Source: Antedon mediterranea
Taxonomy: Eukaryota > Animalia > Echinodermata
Direction: 5' to 3'
Assembly: GCF_964355755.1 (NCBI RefSeq)
Contig: NC_092680.1
Location: 14,021,045-14,085,044, forward strand
DNA: 64,000 bases
The notes below the pieces were generated by a model. That model saw only the letters and a program-made list of their open reading frames with translations, had not been told where the DNA came from and did no database searches. Made by a program: the position numbers and the translations under genes. Position 1 is the stretch's first letter; each line of letters starts with the position of its first letter. Positions 13,601 to 25,128 of the stretch are shown piece by piece.

Positions 13601-16263
13601 TCATGTGAATATTTTGCCAATCAGATGTTGTGACGTCATCATATGGCTAGTTGAGTTCAAAAAGTGGTATTTTCATCTCTTGCGTAAAAGTTCATTGCGT
13701 TTAAACGAGAGCGCATCTCAATTTTACGTGCCCAAAATTCTTCAAATTTGCAATAATGTAATTATTTAGATAATTATCTTCTAAAATTGTTATCTTTATA
13801 TGTCAATTTGATGACGTCATTGTGTTAATAATTGGATTTAAAAGATGGGTCTCGTAATTTCGTCTATGCTACACTGTATATAACATATACAGTTTATTCT
13901 GTAAAATACTGTAATATGATATATGCTACATAATAGGTACAATTCAGCACTGTAAACATATTTATTTCATGTCATAGGATGGCATAATAATTGTCGAGGT
14001 TCATATGGTTAAGTATGTGCATGGTTGCGTTTGCGCGGATAACCCGAACTAGTCAAAGTGACGAGTTCAAATCTAGTTCTATCTTATTCTTCTTTCTTTC
14101 CCAGAATTTTGTGTCACGTGTATCTCAAATTCTTATCAACATTACATCGTATAATTTTGTCAGAAGATTGACCTTTAACTGTAGAAGTGCAGGACATTTC
14201 GTTTTTTTACTTTAGAGTCGCGCAGCGTAAGTTACGCGCAATTTTATGAATTTCAATGATTGATCATAGATTAAAAACCAAAAGTCATTTTATATTGACG
14301 CTTGGTGAAAATTTAAGTCATATCAAGAGCAAACTTTCTATGGATTAAAAATGGCATGTTTCACACAAAGTTACGCGCGCACGCACGTTTAAAATTTCGG
14401 AATGCGCAAAATCAATTTCTAATCAACTTTCTACGCATTTCATGTCATTTTAAGCATGTCAAAAATTCCCACGTGAGCGCATATTTTTTACGCGCGCGGT
14501 GCGCACGTAGCGCTAACAACCTTTTTTTTCGCGTGATTTATGTTTTTCCAGTCTTTTCTAGTAATTTGACCAACTGTCTAACAATTTCGATTTAAAATCA
14601 CGTCATACGAGCACGTCGAATTGGACAATTTGTGGGCGTTTTTGATGAAAAAGTTAAAAAATTCGCCAAAATTAAGCCTTTTTTTAAACAGTCATAGATT
14701 CTAAACTACACGGTGAACTTTTTTTTAATTACATATTCTAGCGGTTGATGAGTTGTAGATATCGGATCATGGATCAATATGGCTAACTGGACATTGTGAC
14801 GTCATCATATGGCCACTCGAATATAAAATATAGGATTTTTGTCTTTTTCGTCATAGCTCATCACATTTAATTGAGCGCATCTGCACTTATCCTTATTCCA
14901 TTTCCCTCCGTTTTTTATATTGTCTTGGTCAATCAATTATCTTTCGCATGATTTAACATTTTTAAAATTGTGATGACGTCATCATGATTAAAAGCGTGCA
15001 TAACGTGGGTCACTTATTTTCATCATTACAGTAAATTTCAATCTGTTATAGCTCGTTAGAATAAAAAGTGATAATCATGATTAATACGTTTTCTGGAAGC
15101 TATTTGATTGTAGATACGAATTCATGTGAATATTTTGCCAATCAGATGTTGTGACGTCATCATATGGCTAGTTGAGTTCAAAAAGTGGTGTTTTCATCTC
15201 TAGCGTAAAAGTTCATTGCGTTTAAACGAGAGCGCATCTCAATTTTACGTGCCCAAAATTCTTCAAATTTGCAATAATGTAATTATTTAGATAATTATCT
15301 TCTAAAATTGTTATCTTTATATGTCAATTTGATGACGTCATTGTGTTAATAATTGGATTTAAAAGATGGGTCTCGTAATTTCGTCTATGCTACACTGTAT
15401 ATAACATATACAGTTTATTCTGTAAAATACTGTAATATGATATATGCTACATAATAGGTACAATTCAGCACTGTAAACATATTTATTTCATGTCATAGGA
15501 TGGCATAATAACTGTCGAGGTTCATATGGTTAAGTATGTGCATGGTTGCGTTTGCGCGGATAACCCGAACTAGTCAAAGTGACGAGTTCAAATCTAGTTG
15601 TAATAATATATTTTGTTATATCTACAACGGCGTCCTTTATTTAGGTTTTTTCTTACCTAGACTCGGCCGCACCCAGCCTCAACAAGTTCTTTCTAACTTG
15701 TTATTCATGAGTTTCGCACCCACAACAACAACGAGTGCATGACCGTGTGTGTAACACGTACGTGTGTGGGCTAGCCTCGCTCGATCATTTCAAGAGGGCG
15801 CACGTTTTCACGAACAGTATCTATGTATCCGAGAAGTGTGCACGCTAGGTCCATGCTATAATCACCTGGAGAATATACTAGTCGTATACCGTACACCATG
15901 TGGCCGCCAAGAAGGGCTTTGCGCTGGGGGTACGGCGGTCGGCGATCGTGCGTATAACTATAAATAAATACTATTCCAATCGTACGTAAACGTTTACAAA
16001 TGAAATTTTATCGGAGCGCCCAAATCAGCTCCATAATCTTTTCATCATATTTAGTATAACATCATGCTAAAATGCCTTGAAAACTAGGCAGAAGCAGGTT
16101 GCCGTTACGTTAGTATACTGTAGCTAGGCCTAGCCTACTCAGGCCTAGCAAACGATGTACAATCTGTGTGGTGAGGCCTTTATGTTCGGTGTATAAGACG
16201 CACCCTTAATTTAGAGGTCAAATTTGCGTGTCAAAAGTGCGACTTATACACCGAAATATACGG
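10681..16263. mobile_element. Tc2/pogo-like (Tc1/mariner) MITE carrying a 4.75-kb nested insertion
   Basis: Perfect 27-bp TIR CCGTATATTTCGGTGTATAAGTCGCAC at both ends, TA on both flanks, and repeated subterminal TATAAG(T/A)CGCACC motifs. Confidence 0.9.
10848..15597 (+). mobile_element. three nested Helentron/DINE-1-like non-autonomous elements (~1.6 kb each)
   Basis: Three heads GGTTATCCGC...GGATAACC start at 10848, 10906 and 10963. Three tails (GCGGATAACC subTIR, hairpin AACT(C/A)GTC-AAAGT-GACGAGTT, CTAG) end at 12555, 14076 and 15597. The junctions are T-rich with no TSD. Confidence 0.85.
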
Positions 16264-16762
16264 TATATATATATCAATCTAGATTGACAATCAAATGGAA
16301 CTCATTGTAAATACCAGAAATAATGTTTTGATTATTTGACAGTGAATTATCATAATACTCTCTTCACCCAGACGTGTCCTCTAGAACTATAACTGCTGCT
16401 TGCTTTAGCTTCTAAATGAGTAGTCCTCTTGGGACGTACCTGGCTAAAGCAGCAGCGTGAAAAAACACAACAAACACTTTTAACTTATTTCAGACATATA
16501 AAACAACATATTAAGTTGTAAACTATACAAACAAAAACATTAATCTAAAAAAAGTTTATTTTATTTAAACCTAGAAAGTAAATGAAAAATGTACCGTACC
16601 ATGTAAAGGAAGGATTGTTACATGTAATTTATTGTATGTCTAACTCTGTTTTATGCTGTACATAAAAAGATACAGCATTAAAAAATGATTAATTTTATTG
16701 CCATTGATATCTTATAAAAAAAAAACATCTTCTGTATCTTGGAAAAGAAATGTCATAATTTA

Positions 16763-16865
16763 TGTGAATGATATGGTTGGAAAATCAGCCTCTTGATCGT
16801 CTAGCTAGGTAGTTGTGAATGATATGGTTGGAAGATCAGCCTCTTGATCGTCTAGCTAGGTAGTT
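16763..16865. repeat. 51-bp direct tandem duplication
   Basis: TGTGAATGATATGGTTGGAA(A/G)ATCAGCCTCTTGATCGTCTAGCTAGGTAGT occurs twice. Confidence 0.9.
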
Positions 16866-17128
16866 GGTTTATAATAAGTTTAAAAGAACCAGGCACATAA
16901 TAATGACACTACTTTGACATTGGTGCTAATCTCATATAAAGTTAGTTTAAAAATGATTTTAGCATTTTAAAAGTCACAATCAAAATGTATATTTGAATCA
17001 AATATATGGACATATATGGCAACAAATTTGGTAATAAAAAATGCAATGATAGTGTTTAGTTTTTTTTTTTAAATTGTTATTACCTTAGTGTATTTTATTT
17101 GAATTTTAGAGATTTTGAAAATACAAAC

Positions 17129-17223
17129 CTGTTACGGCCATTCTTCACATCTGCTTCTTTAAGAAAGAATTGCGTTGACAAATCTTTCCAATTCGCTGAT
17201 TTAGTATCATGAGCAGTCAGACT
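17129..17223 (-). CDS. UBA6: UBA6 coding exon 4, 95 nt (SLTAHDTKSANWKDLSTQFFLKEADVKNGRN-R)
   Basis: cttcttatttatag|AGTCTG...CGTAACAG|gtttgt. The phase 0 start fits the preceding exon, and it matches E1 'T.HD......DL.T.FFL...DV...NRA'. The next exon (LNPYV motif) was not found in 1-17128. Confidence 0.93.
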
Positions 17224-18214
17224 CTATAAATAAGAAGAGACAAAAAGAGCGAAAGGTCAAATACATTATTCAATATCCTATCATGCATATTCTTCAGCAT
17301 ATGAATCCTATACTATGTACTTGAGCACAATATTCTAAATGAATATTATATGTATGTACTATGGATATTCTAATGTTCTGAGGCCAAAATAAGGAACTGC
17401 ATTACCTGCATACACAAATTGAATGTATTCATTCAATTTTTAACTAGAGTGACTTAATCAGTGAAAAAACAATTGTTTGCAATGAAATAATGATTTCATT
17501 TACAAAAAGAAAAAATAAACAGTTAAATTTAACTAAAAACCATTGCTTTAAATTACAATTTTTTCAAGTAATAATTTTTTTTTTAACCAATTTTTGGTCA
17601 TTATTGTATATATATGTTTTTATATCAGACATGAATGTTTAATTTTTATGAGAGTAAAAATAGATTGGAAGTGTGAAACTGTTTGTTGTTACCCAGGTAA
17701 TTTGTAATACCCTGGACAAGCTGAGTGGCTGTACAAGCAGTTTTACACGTACTATGCACACTCTTACTCAAGAATAATGTCATAACCTGTTAATTTAAGT
17801 TCAGTAAGTAGGTTGTTAGTTTGTCTGCTAAAAAAAAAATAGTATGAGACAGTATTTAACACAATACCGTTTGTGAGAAATATTACTACTAACTAGCGGA
17901 CTACAAACTAATGCATTAAATATTAAATTAAATTTTAATTCTTGACTATATCTATTGCATTAGTAGCCACGTTCACATAAGATTTTATCGTGTTTTCGTA
18001 TTCATGATATTGAATATCACGATAGCAGGAAGAGCGTTCACATAGAATTTAACATCGTGATATAAGTATGCTAATGAGGTGCACTGATGCGTTAAAGGTC
18101 AAACACACATGTTTTGAGCACATGTGGGAAGTTCCCACATGTGCTCAAAACATGGGGATTGTTGATTTTTTTTGTAGTGTGCGCCTCTATGTAGTAGCAA
18201 TTGCCAGCAGGCCT

Positions 18215-20220
18215 CATCAGGCATCCTTAAGTCAAAATTGACTATGGAGATAACAGAGAATTTCATCCGTTATCCAGTGAGTCTGTGTGAGTTCCAGTAG
18301 CTGATCTAGATTTTCTTTTCAGGTACCTCTCTTCATTTTCTATACGATATCTTTCTTCGCTGTGTACAAGTCCTGCCTTAATACAGTCGTTCCATGATTT
18401 TCGGTCATCAGCCTTTTTTTCCCAGGTGTTAACATTGATGTCAATTGCCTTTAAGTCTCTTTAACATGCATCTTTAAAACGCAAAAGTAGACGTCCTTTG
18501 GATCTTTTACAATTTGCTAGCTCACAGTACAACATAACCTTTGGAGTTCTTGTATCATCCATTCTTCTGACATGACCAAGCCATCGTAGTCTTCGCTGTT
18601 GAATTAATGTAAACATCAAGGAATGCCACATCTATTAAGGATACTGTTGTTTGTTACCCTGTCCTGCCATCTGATATTTAAGACAGTCCGTAGACAGCGG
18701 AGGTGAAATACATTTAGTTTCTTTTCTTGTCTAGCATTGGTTGTCCACGATTCAGCTCCATACCAGAGGACACTAATGACACATGCCATATACACTTTGA
18801 TCTTCACAGCCACTCTAATATTTTTGTTTTCCCAAACACGTACAGACAACTGACTGGGAGTACTAGAAGCTTTTCAGATTTGAATGTTTAGTTCACAATC
18901 AAGAGAGTTGTTATAAGTTATAACTGAACCAAGGTAACAAAATTGTTGACAGTAAAATTGTTTTGACCAGTTGTTTTAAACGTTAAAATTTACGTTTTCT
19001 TTACACTTATGGTGAGACCAAAGTGTTCACAAGCACATGAACATTTATCAAGTAGAAGTTTTAGACAATTAGGAGAATGGCTGCAGAAACAGGCATCATC
19101 TGCATAAAGAAAATCACGAAGAAGAACCTTAAATATTTTTGTCTTAGCTTTAAATATGGCCGGGTTGTACAACTTGCCAGTAGATCTACAATGCAATAAA
19201 ACCATAAGATTAGGTTCAAAAGCTCTTTGGAGGACAACTGCAAAGTAAATCCCAAAAAGAAGAGGGGCAAGAACATCTCCTTGTTTTGTCCCATTCTCGA
19301 CATCAATAATATTTAATAGAGTAGGATTTCGAATAGACATTCTCTATTAATAAGGTCAAAAGCTGTAGTGAGATCGATAAATGCCAGGTAGAGTTGCTGT
19401 TTTTGCTCAACACATTTTTCCTGCAGCTGTCTAATATAGAAAATCATATCAATGGTAGATCTTCCAGAGCGAAAACAACACTGAGACTCTGGATATACCC
19501 TTTCCGCTAAAGGCAGCAGACATTGTGGAACTACTTTTCCAAATACTTTTCCACAGATATTGAGCAGAGAAATGCCGCGATAATTATCACAGCAACCACG
19601 ATCACCTTTATTCTTGTACAGAGTGACAATGGATGCATTCTCGAAATCCTGTGGAACTTCACCAAGAGACCAACAGAGACTACTAAGCTCATGCAGATGA
19701 TGTATTAGAGTCAGGCCACCACCTGCTTTAACAATTTCAGTTGGTATACCATCATCACCAGGAGCCTTGCCTGAAGACAGTTGCTTTACTGCTGATCATA
19801 CTTCATCCATAGTTGGGTAGGCATCAAGTTCCAACTTAGTTGGTAAATTTCGAACATTCCTCCTGGGATACATGCATCTTAGTTTGGTAAACTTCTGAGT
19901 AATGTTCTACTCATCGGTCCATCTGTTTCTTCTGATCGATTATCACATTACCATTTTGGTCTTCAATTTGTGCGGTTTTCTTTTGCACTGGCCCAATGGC
20001 TTTTCGGATTCCTTCATACATTCCCTTCAGCCCTGTATCAGCATCTTGTTGTATATGAGCACTAAGTTCCTCTCATTACTCGTTAGTGCACTGGCGCACA
20101 GCTCGTCGAACATCAGCCCTAGCTAAACGTAATGAAGCAAGATTATGACAGGCAGTAACTTTTCAGACTTTTTTTCCAAACCAGTCTTGGTTGTTTTTTA
20201 TTTTCTTGCCAAACACAAAA
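18215..20220 (-). mobile_element. 5'-truncated, frameshifted RTE-clade LINE (reverse transcriptase remnant)
   Basis: ORF fragments contain GTKQGDVLAPLLFGIYF, FLYADD, VYMACVISVLWYGAESWT and FHLRCLRTVLNIRWQDRVTN, plus upstream KAPGDDGIP, YRGISLL and ESQCCFRSGRSTIDMIF motifs. A short 3' stem-loop (AGTCAATTTTGACT..GGATGCC) lies near 18220-18245. Confidence 0.92.
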
Positions 20221-20304
20221 TTCTTATATATATTTTTTTAGATATTAGATATTTTTTATATTACTTAGATATTAATTTTTTTTTAAAGAAATAGTAAATT
20301 ACAC

Positions 20305-20542
20305 ACATCTAAAAATAATACTATATGGTCCTATTGCGATAACTTTTTTCGTCTTTAAATGGTTAAAAATGTGAAAAATAAGTTGATTCTAATAATTATA
20401 GCGGCCCGCTATAAATCCCAAAATGCATTGCGCGCGGATTGATATTTCTGTTTTTCTTCTGTAATTCACCCACTTTTCGATCGATCGTGAGGCCAAAACA
20501 AATGGAAGACTCCTAACTTTTCAGCGAAAATACCGGGTTTTC
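20305..20542 (+). mobile_element. internal fragment of the Kolobok-like MITE family
   Basis: Near-identical to 32722-32955 (TATAGCGGCCCGCTATAAATCCCAAAATGCATTGCGCGCGG...). Confidence 0.85.
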
Positions 20543-22399
20543 AAATTCAAATTATCGTGATGTTCTATATGAACCTGCAGGAAGTTGTTAACGTGATTTT
20601 GTTTATCATATTGATTCTGGGTAACATGCTCTCGGAGAGCATGTTAATTATGATGATCTTATAAAGTTATGATATCCGTTATATGCAGAGACGAAATTCA
20701 ACCAATCAGCGCTTGCCTGCATCATCGGCCACCCACCATTGTTGTTTTGATTTTTTGACTGCCAGCTTCAACAAGTTGTTTTTGCTTTGATAGTTAAATT
20801 GCTTAGGTTTAACCCACTATATTGTTTTGGTCATGATACATCAAGTTAGTTAGACGATTAAAGAATAAAATACCTGATCGAAATCTGGAGAATGAACCAG
20901 AAATTAATGTGAAACAGCCAGGACTATTTCACAAGCCTACCTACAAAGGCATGCACGACCTTACGAAAAGGCGGACATTTCTGCTATTTTGTATACTAAT
21001 TGATTTTTAACCATGAAAAAGATAATTAAATATCGTTGTGGTACATGTGTAGATGATTTCATATTCTTTAATATATAGACTTGACTGGGAACTGATTTTT
21101 TAAACAAAGCTAATTCCCAAATAGACTCGTAAATAAATGTTGGAATTATTAATTTGTTTACAAAGTAAAACATGTACAGTACGATACAACAAACGGTGTA
21201 CTTAATAATATAAGAATATGCATCTAGCCTACTTACTGACTATCCTAGACCTACAGTATAGGATGCATATTGTTATGAATTTCAGTAAGTACATTAAAAA
21301 GTAATGTAATAAAATATTCGATGTTGTAAAGTTGTGGTTTTATTTCAGACCCATGTATCAGGTTACATGACGGGGACACTAAAAAATACCTCACTGGTAT
21401 TGTAAATAAATTTGTCCACATTTAATCTGTTTTCTTGCAAATTTTAGAGTGTGTAGCTAGCGGCGGCATGTTTGTGAAAATAAATCATATACTTAAATTA
21501 CATTTAATTTATCATCTTTTTTAAAACATAAAATTCTGGAAAATTACAGATTTAATAAATATAATCTATCTTCCATTTTGAACGGTCTTGGTTACTGCTA
21601 AAATTGTAAAAATGAAACTTGCACCACAGAACGGTAAACGTGGTGAAATACAGAAAGGCCGCCATTGACGGGCCAGGTTTTTAAGTTTTCAAATTAATTC
21701 ACGCTCACTATGTAGGCCTACTTTTTTACCTATTATAGTACTACTAGGTATATTCCTTATGGTCACAAGCATGTATTGATAATAAATAAACCAAATTTGG
21801 TACTCATAAATTTCAGGTCATATTTCATCGTATGGAAATACATTTACGTGCATAGCGAATACAATTTTAAAATTGTCAAAATTTATTTTCCATGAGAGTA
21901 TGTTTCAGGAAATTTTATGTCTTTAAAAAATTGCTATGAATGTGCCATCATCAATTGCATATTAAACTAAATTTGAACTCGTTACTTTGACGAGAAAGAA
22001 AATATTAAAATCTAGGGTGATATGGGCTAAGCATAAGCGCAATGCACTCTATTGAATGGGATGAACTAGTACTATAAGCAAAAATTTGACAAACATAAAA
22101 ACATCTGGTAGATATAAATTTTACATGAATTTATATGTACAACTCATTGGCTTACATAATAATTTTTAAAAACTCCTGAGGAGTTATAACCGATTAAAAA
22201 TAGGTATATTTTTGCACAAATTTGCATTTAATTACCCATTTTTTAGCACACGATTATTAAAGTTTAACGTGCACGTGCATCGTTAATTTGCAACCAAAGT
22301 TCATCAAAATTCCGGACAATAACAAGGGGTTATTAAATTCTAAAAATTTAATTTTGACAATCAAACAAACTATGACATTTTCTTGGAATGAAATAACAA

Positions 22400-22980
22400 A
22401 CTCAACATTAACCTTCTTCTTTAAAATGTTCATAAACTTAAGTTAAAAATATCGACAGTGCATCATTTTTTTTAAATTTTAAATTATCATTCTTTGCGGT
22501 ATGTTAATAATCTATCTGCACTAAAGTGGTTACTGCATAGTAAATACATGGAGGAATCTTTCTTTCAAATTTTGGCCAGCTGTGCTCGTGTCCATAGCAT
22601 TCAAGGTACAGACATCGAGTCTCACCTTGGAAAACGAAACAAAATAAGATTATTTTTTATATTCGTATTGTTTGTTCAATTTTATTTCTTAATCTTAGTG
22701 TATAGATTATACACATGAATAATGAAATTTAGATAAAAAGTAACTTATGTCTTATGTTATTATGTAACAAGGGTGGTTTATGCCATTAAAACATGAAGGG
22801 ATCTTTGATCAGATTGTGAGGCTATTGTATTTGCGTTAGCAAGATCCTATCTTTCATTTATTATAAATAATTAAAGATTCTGACAAAATCAACAATCAAT
22901 ATATCTTTTAAAAATCAATTACCTTTATATATTTCAATGCATATAACCTATAATTCGTCATAGTGACAAATTAAATCTTT
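22400..22980 (+). repeat. unclassified interspersed repeat, copy 1
   Basis: Colinear similarity with 59880-60495 (CTATCTGCAC.AAAGTGGTTACTGCATA...GTAACTTATGTC...GTGACAAATTAAATCT). It may extend further left. Confidence 0.75.
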
Positions 22981-23792
22981 TTTGTCTTTAATTTATTAAG
23001 GAGGTTAAATGACCTAAGAAATCTTTGTTTAACCTCCTAATTGTCAGTTATTGTTAATTTCTTTCTTCTTTTTTTGGCAATAAAAGTTGATATACATTAC
23101 TGATTGGGTATTATATCAGAAATGTAGGGTGTGAGTGCATTGTGCAATATATAGTATACAAACAAAGGATAGAGGCCATAGGCTGGATGCCAAAATAGAA
23201 TCCGAACCAAGATCTTTAATCAGGAAGAGGCTTCTTATGTGCTAGGTTAAAAGGTATGTCGATCAGCGGTCTAAAAACAAATATCATAATGTGTGGAAGA
23301 AATTTATAGCAACCCCTGCTCAACACAATCACATTCATAAGGTTTGTGTTTGAACCATGGACTTGGATCTAAGTTATAGATCCAAGTTTGAACAACAAAC
23401 TTGATGGAATTAATATAGGAACAAGTTAACAGGAAACAATTGACAATGACAATTGATGGTCAAGAGGAAAATATACTTAGGTTATACTATATAGGGAGGG
23501 TAAACATGGATGTGACATTGTCTTCAGAAGTACTTATTTTATAGAAAAGAGTTATAGTGTTTCACGTACTGACCTACTCAACCAAAATATACTCAGATTA
23601 TAGGGAGATTGAATATAGAAGTGATACGATTAAAAGTGCATCTAATGTAACGTTTTCTATTTGTACATTGCCGATAACACAGAAGCACAGTTGGCCGATA
23701 GGAAACAACTATTTTGACCACATGGTCAACCATGCCAATATTGTAGGTAATATTAATTGACACACACTGTCCACAGTACCAATAGAACACTT

Positions 23793-23908
23793 TAAATCAC
23801 ATGCATTGTTGACTGTGCCAATAGCCTTTATCCATACTGCTGCAAATAATAATCACATGCATTGTTGACTGTGCCAATAGCCTTATCCATACTGCTGCAA
23901 ATAATAAT
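23793..23908. repeat. ~56-bp direct tandem duplication just inside the intron after the UBA6 micro-exon
   Basis: AATCACATGCATTGTTGACTGTGCCAATAGCCTT(T)ATCCATACTGCTGCAAATAAT occurs twice. Confidence 0.9.
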
Positions 23909-23951
23909 AAATTACATTTTTAAAAACCAAACCGTATGATAACAAACTTAC

Positions 23952-23980
23952 CTTTACACCAGCCAGAACAATGTTTTTGG
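23952..23980 (-). CDS. UBA6: UBA6 coding exon 3, 29-nt micro-exon (A-KNIVLAGVK)
   Basis: ttcacag|CCAAAAACATTGTTCTGGCTGGTGTAAAG|gtaagt, with canonical splice sites. It continues the adenylation-domain motif EIAKNIVLAGVK. Confidence 0.95.
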
Positions 23981-24159
23981 CTGTGAATAAAGTAAAAATA
24001 GAATGTTGTTACTTAACACTGTAGATTACAAATATTGATCATTAGATAATTCAGAATAAATTATTGATTTAGTATTGATAGCATAATTTAAACTTGAAAT
24101 AAAAAATAATCAAATAGAAAAATAATTTTTCTATGTTCATCTCTCAAAATAATTAATAC

Positions 24160-24330
24160 AACCTAACCTATTTAACACCTCCATGACCTCCTAGTCATTC
24201 AAAAACATGCATGATAAAATAACCTCGCCTATTTCAACACCAAGACCTCCTAGGCCACTCAAAAACATGCAAGAAAAATATAACCTCACCTATTTCAACA
24301 CCAAGACCTCCTAGGCCACTCAAAAAAACA
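24160..24330 (-). repeat. 61-bp-period triplication of the 3' end and splice donor of UBA6 coding exon 2
   Basis: Exon-end copies finish at 24290 (true donor gtgagg), 24229 (gcgagg) and 24168 (gttagg). Confidence 0.85.
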
Positions 24331-24384
24331 TGTGAATGTGCCATCTTTTTCATTGCTTGATCACCAAGCATGTAACGTTGACGA
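24290..24384 (-). CDS. UBA6: UBA6 coding exon 2, 95 nt (S-RQRYMLGDQAMKKMAHSHVFLSGLGGLGVEI-A)
   Basis: Flanked by tttttttgccag and gtgagg, and in frame with both neighbouring exons. RQRY..LGD.AM.KMA.SHVFLSG.GGLG.EIAKN matches vertebrate UBA6 as I recall it (UBA1 has RQLYVLG, SAE1 has RQIRLWG). Confidence 0.95.
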
Positions 24385-24656
24385 CTGGCAAAAAAAGACA
24401 AATTACTTATTAGTATTACAAATTTATGTTTTAATTTTAAAAATAAATAACTAAATAAAAATTACATTTAAAAGAAAATTACTGTTATTTTAGAATTTGT
24501 TTTGGCGGAATATTATGAACATGATATTGTCCTATGGGGATGTTTGTGCATCATTATAGCTAATAATACAACTTTCCAAGATCAAAATGATTTGATGAAA
24601 TTTAATTTAATGTACTAGAGGGTGCAAGTTGAAATACAAATGTGTACTAAAAAATT

Positions 24657-24908
24657 CTGACGTAATTTGTACTTTATACTAAGTACATTTGAGAATACTT
24701 GCGAAAAAATTCGCAAGTAGTTCTCGGGTGGGACTCGAACCCACGACCTCCAGCAGATCACTAGCCTGGCGTTCATACCTCTAGACCACCGAGCTTGCGC
24801 TGATGGCTAGTGGTTAGATTCGAGTCCAAGTAAGCAGCGGGTACTGCACAACAGGATTGTAATTGTAGTTTTTGCGTCAACTCCCTAACGCAAAAACTAC
24901 AATTACAA
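24657..24908 (-). mobile_element. short insertion with a tRNA-like Pol III unit and two hairpins
   Basis: TACTAAAAAATT direct repeats at 24645-24656 and 24909-24920. The minus strand has an A box TGGTCTAGAGG, a B box GGTTCGAGTCC in a perfect T-arm, and a T6 tract (24704-24709). Confidence 0.75.
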
Positions 24909-25128
24909 TACTAAAAAATTGTTTTAATGAATTGCAAATATCTTTAAGTTTATCGAAAAACTATAGACGGTGGTAAATATTATAGGCAAATATGACTAAA
25001 TAATTGTTTTCCCTCATACCCAGTGTATACACAGTTCAACGTCATTTGTTTATACATGGTAATACCAAGTACATGCAGTTAATATTAAACTTAAATTGTC
25101 TAAAAACCAGAAAAAGTAACATACACAC

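Noticed and set aside
12556-15597. Simple 1521-bp tandem duplication or assembly artefact
   Set aside because: The copies differ at about a dozen scattered sites, and the two matching extra heads upstream are explained by nesting but not by a plain duplication.
24722-24794. Functional tRNA gene
   Set aside because: The acceptor stem has only about 5 bp and the anticodon arm has a 12-nt loop. It sits inside a duplicated-target insertion.
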